Positions 62,769 to 64,000 of a stretch of DNA of 64,000 nucleotides are shown piece by piece. The stretch covers positions 2,592,001 through 2,656,000 of the forward strand of contig OY762463.1 in the NCBI GenBank assembly GCA_963665815.1. The letters are read 5' to 3'. This DNA is from Candidatus Cloacimonadales bacterium (lineage in GTDB: Bacteria; Cloacimonadota; Cloacimonadia; Cloacimonadales; JAIOQZ01). Every line of letters starts with the position of its first letter. The stretch's first letter is position 1. Below the pieces are notes generated by a model. That model did not search any database. It was not told the DNA's origin and was given only the letters and a program-made list of their open reading frames with translations. The position numbers and the translations under genes are program-made.

Positions 62769-63569
62769 TTAATTGAAACTGTTTAATAAGTTATTGTATT
62801 GTGTTTTGTTATATTTATCTGCTGACTGCATAGATCCGAAAATCGATCCAGAATGAAAACTGAAAGCAAACACAGAGAACGTATAACCTGCTTCATTATG
62901 GTTATTATCAAAGCTCTCTACTGCTCCGTAAATCATCATGGAATTAACAAGTAATGCAGCAAAACCTGTTTGTGGTCTCCCAACATAAAAGTATCCACCG
63001 CCTGGGAAAAGAGTACCAATCAGTGCAGCAAGATTCCTGTTCTTCTTTTTCAAGGGAGTATTTTCATTTAGTATCTTCAAGTATCTGTGTGCTTTTGGAT
63101 TTTCTTTGACCTTATTCAGTGTGATTTCCGCTTCTTCAAACTTCATTTGGTAAACACTGTTCAGTGAGGAAAGCAATAACAGACTGTCCTTTTGAGTCGT
63201 ATTAATCGTAATCTGGTTACTTATAAATTCTTCTGACAGGTCATACTCATACATTTTAAAATGCAGATAAGCAATTTTGTATTTAGCTTCCCAGTTGTCC
63301 GGCATAAGCTTCAGCGTAATCTTATAGAAATTCATAGCTTCCTGAAAATGCTCTCCTTCTTCATAGCATTCAGCAATTCTAAGGAAGTTAGCAGATTTGT
63401 TGCTGCTCTCGGGAAAATATGAATTAGCTCTTTTATATTCAGTGATAGCTCTGTATAGGTCACCCTCATTTTTTAAGGATTCTGCAAAATGTATCATTTT
63501 CTGTTCATCTGTATCACACAGACTGAAAGTAACTATATTCAATAGTAGAAAACATAAAATATATCTCAT
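62769..63569 (-). CDS. TPR protein with C-terminal membrane hairpin
   Basis: YRAITEYKR TPRs; AALIGTLFPGGGYFYVG motif. Confidence 0.8.
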   Translation of the reverse strand: MRYILCFLLLNIVTFSLCDTDEQKMIHFAESLKNEGDLYRAITEYKRANSYFPESSNKSANFLRIAECYEEGEHFQEAMNFYKITLKLMPDNWEAKYKIAYLHFKMYEYDLSEEFISNQITINTTQKDSLLLLSSLNSVYQMKFEEAEITLNKVKENPKAHRYLKILNENTPLKKKNRNLAALIGTLFPGGGYFYVGRPQTGFAALLVNSMMIYGAVESFDNNHNEAGYTFSVFAFSFHSGSIFGSMQSADKYNKTQYNNLLNSFN

Positions 63570-63943
63570 TATTCCACCGGATCGTAATAATAAATTTTGT
63601 CGTTGCTGTAGATTGTTCTGTAAGTGTGAGTATCATGTCCACAGCGATGCAGTCTGTCAAAGGTCATTAAGAGTCCTTTAAACTTGTATTTTCTGATACT
63701 CTGTCTTGAATATTCTGAACAGGAAGGGAACATTGGACATCCTTCCTGATTGATAGGAGATATATATCTTTGATAGAAATTCAGATACAATTCTGCTGTG
63801 ACCTTTACAGGATTGGTTGATAACTCTTTTTTCACAACATGTTCCTTTTCATAGAATTCCGCAGGAGAATTCATTACTCCATACATACAGCAAGAGATCA
63901 ATAAAAGAGATATTATTATAATTTGCTTTACATTTTGCTCCAT
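63569..63943 (-). CDS. YidD-like (membrane protein insertion efficiency factor) domain protein with N-terminal signal
   Basis: FYQRYISP...CPMFPSCSEY...DRLHRC...YDPV. Confidence 0.85.
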   Translation of the reverse strand: MEQNVKQIIIISLLLISCCMYGVMNSPAEFYEKEHVVKKELSTNPVKVTAELYLNFYQRYISPINQEGCPMFPSCSEYSRQSIRKYKFKGLLMTFDRLHRCGHDTHTYRTIYSNDKIYYYDPVE

Positions 63944-64000
63944 GAGTCCTAACTCGCAAGGAGATAGTAACAATGTCAATAAATTTTTAACTTGATATAG

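Overview
AT-rich chromosomal window from an anaerobic diderm bacterium. The lineage is probably FCB group, most like Cloacimonadota; this is an inference from lpxK/surA, the 'YPNPFNP' FlgD-Ig/T9SS-type C-termini and the anaerobic redox genes. The window contains the replication origin: dnaA flanked on both sides by DnaA boxes, with a DnaA-box/DnaA-trio/AT-rich unwinding module and no adjacent dnaN. Housekeeping genes include fmt, def, yajC, pgpA, surA, smpB, aroK, rph, dprA, obgE, lpxK, uvrB and a 2-oxoacid dehydrogenase operon. A PerR-headed oxidative-stress operon contains mutM and an unannotated short rubredoxin. A tungsten AOR-moaD-moeB locus lies behind a P3-less Moco (Tuco-type) RNA. Accessory secreted proteins and a chimeric OMP/GAPDH gene remnant are also present. 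The most novel signal is a family of non-coding, highly structured MITE-like elements (GGNATCCCCCC termini, about 15-bp target duplication). All three of their left ends sit 17-18 nt upstream of a perfect outward-facing TTGACA, which suggests promoter-targeted insertion. No rRNA, tRNA, CRISPR array or transposase was recognised.
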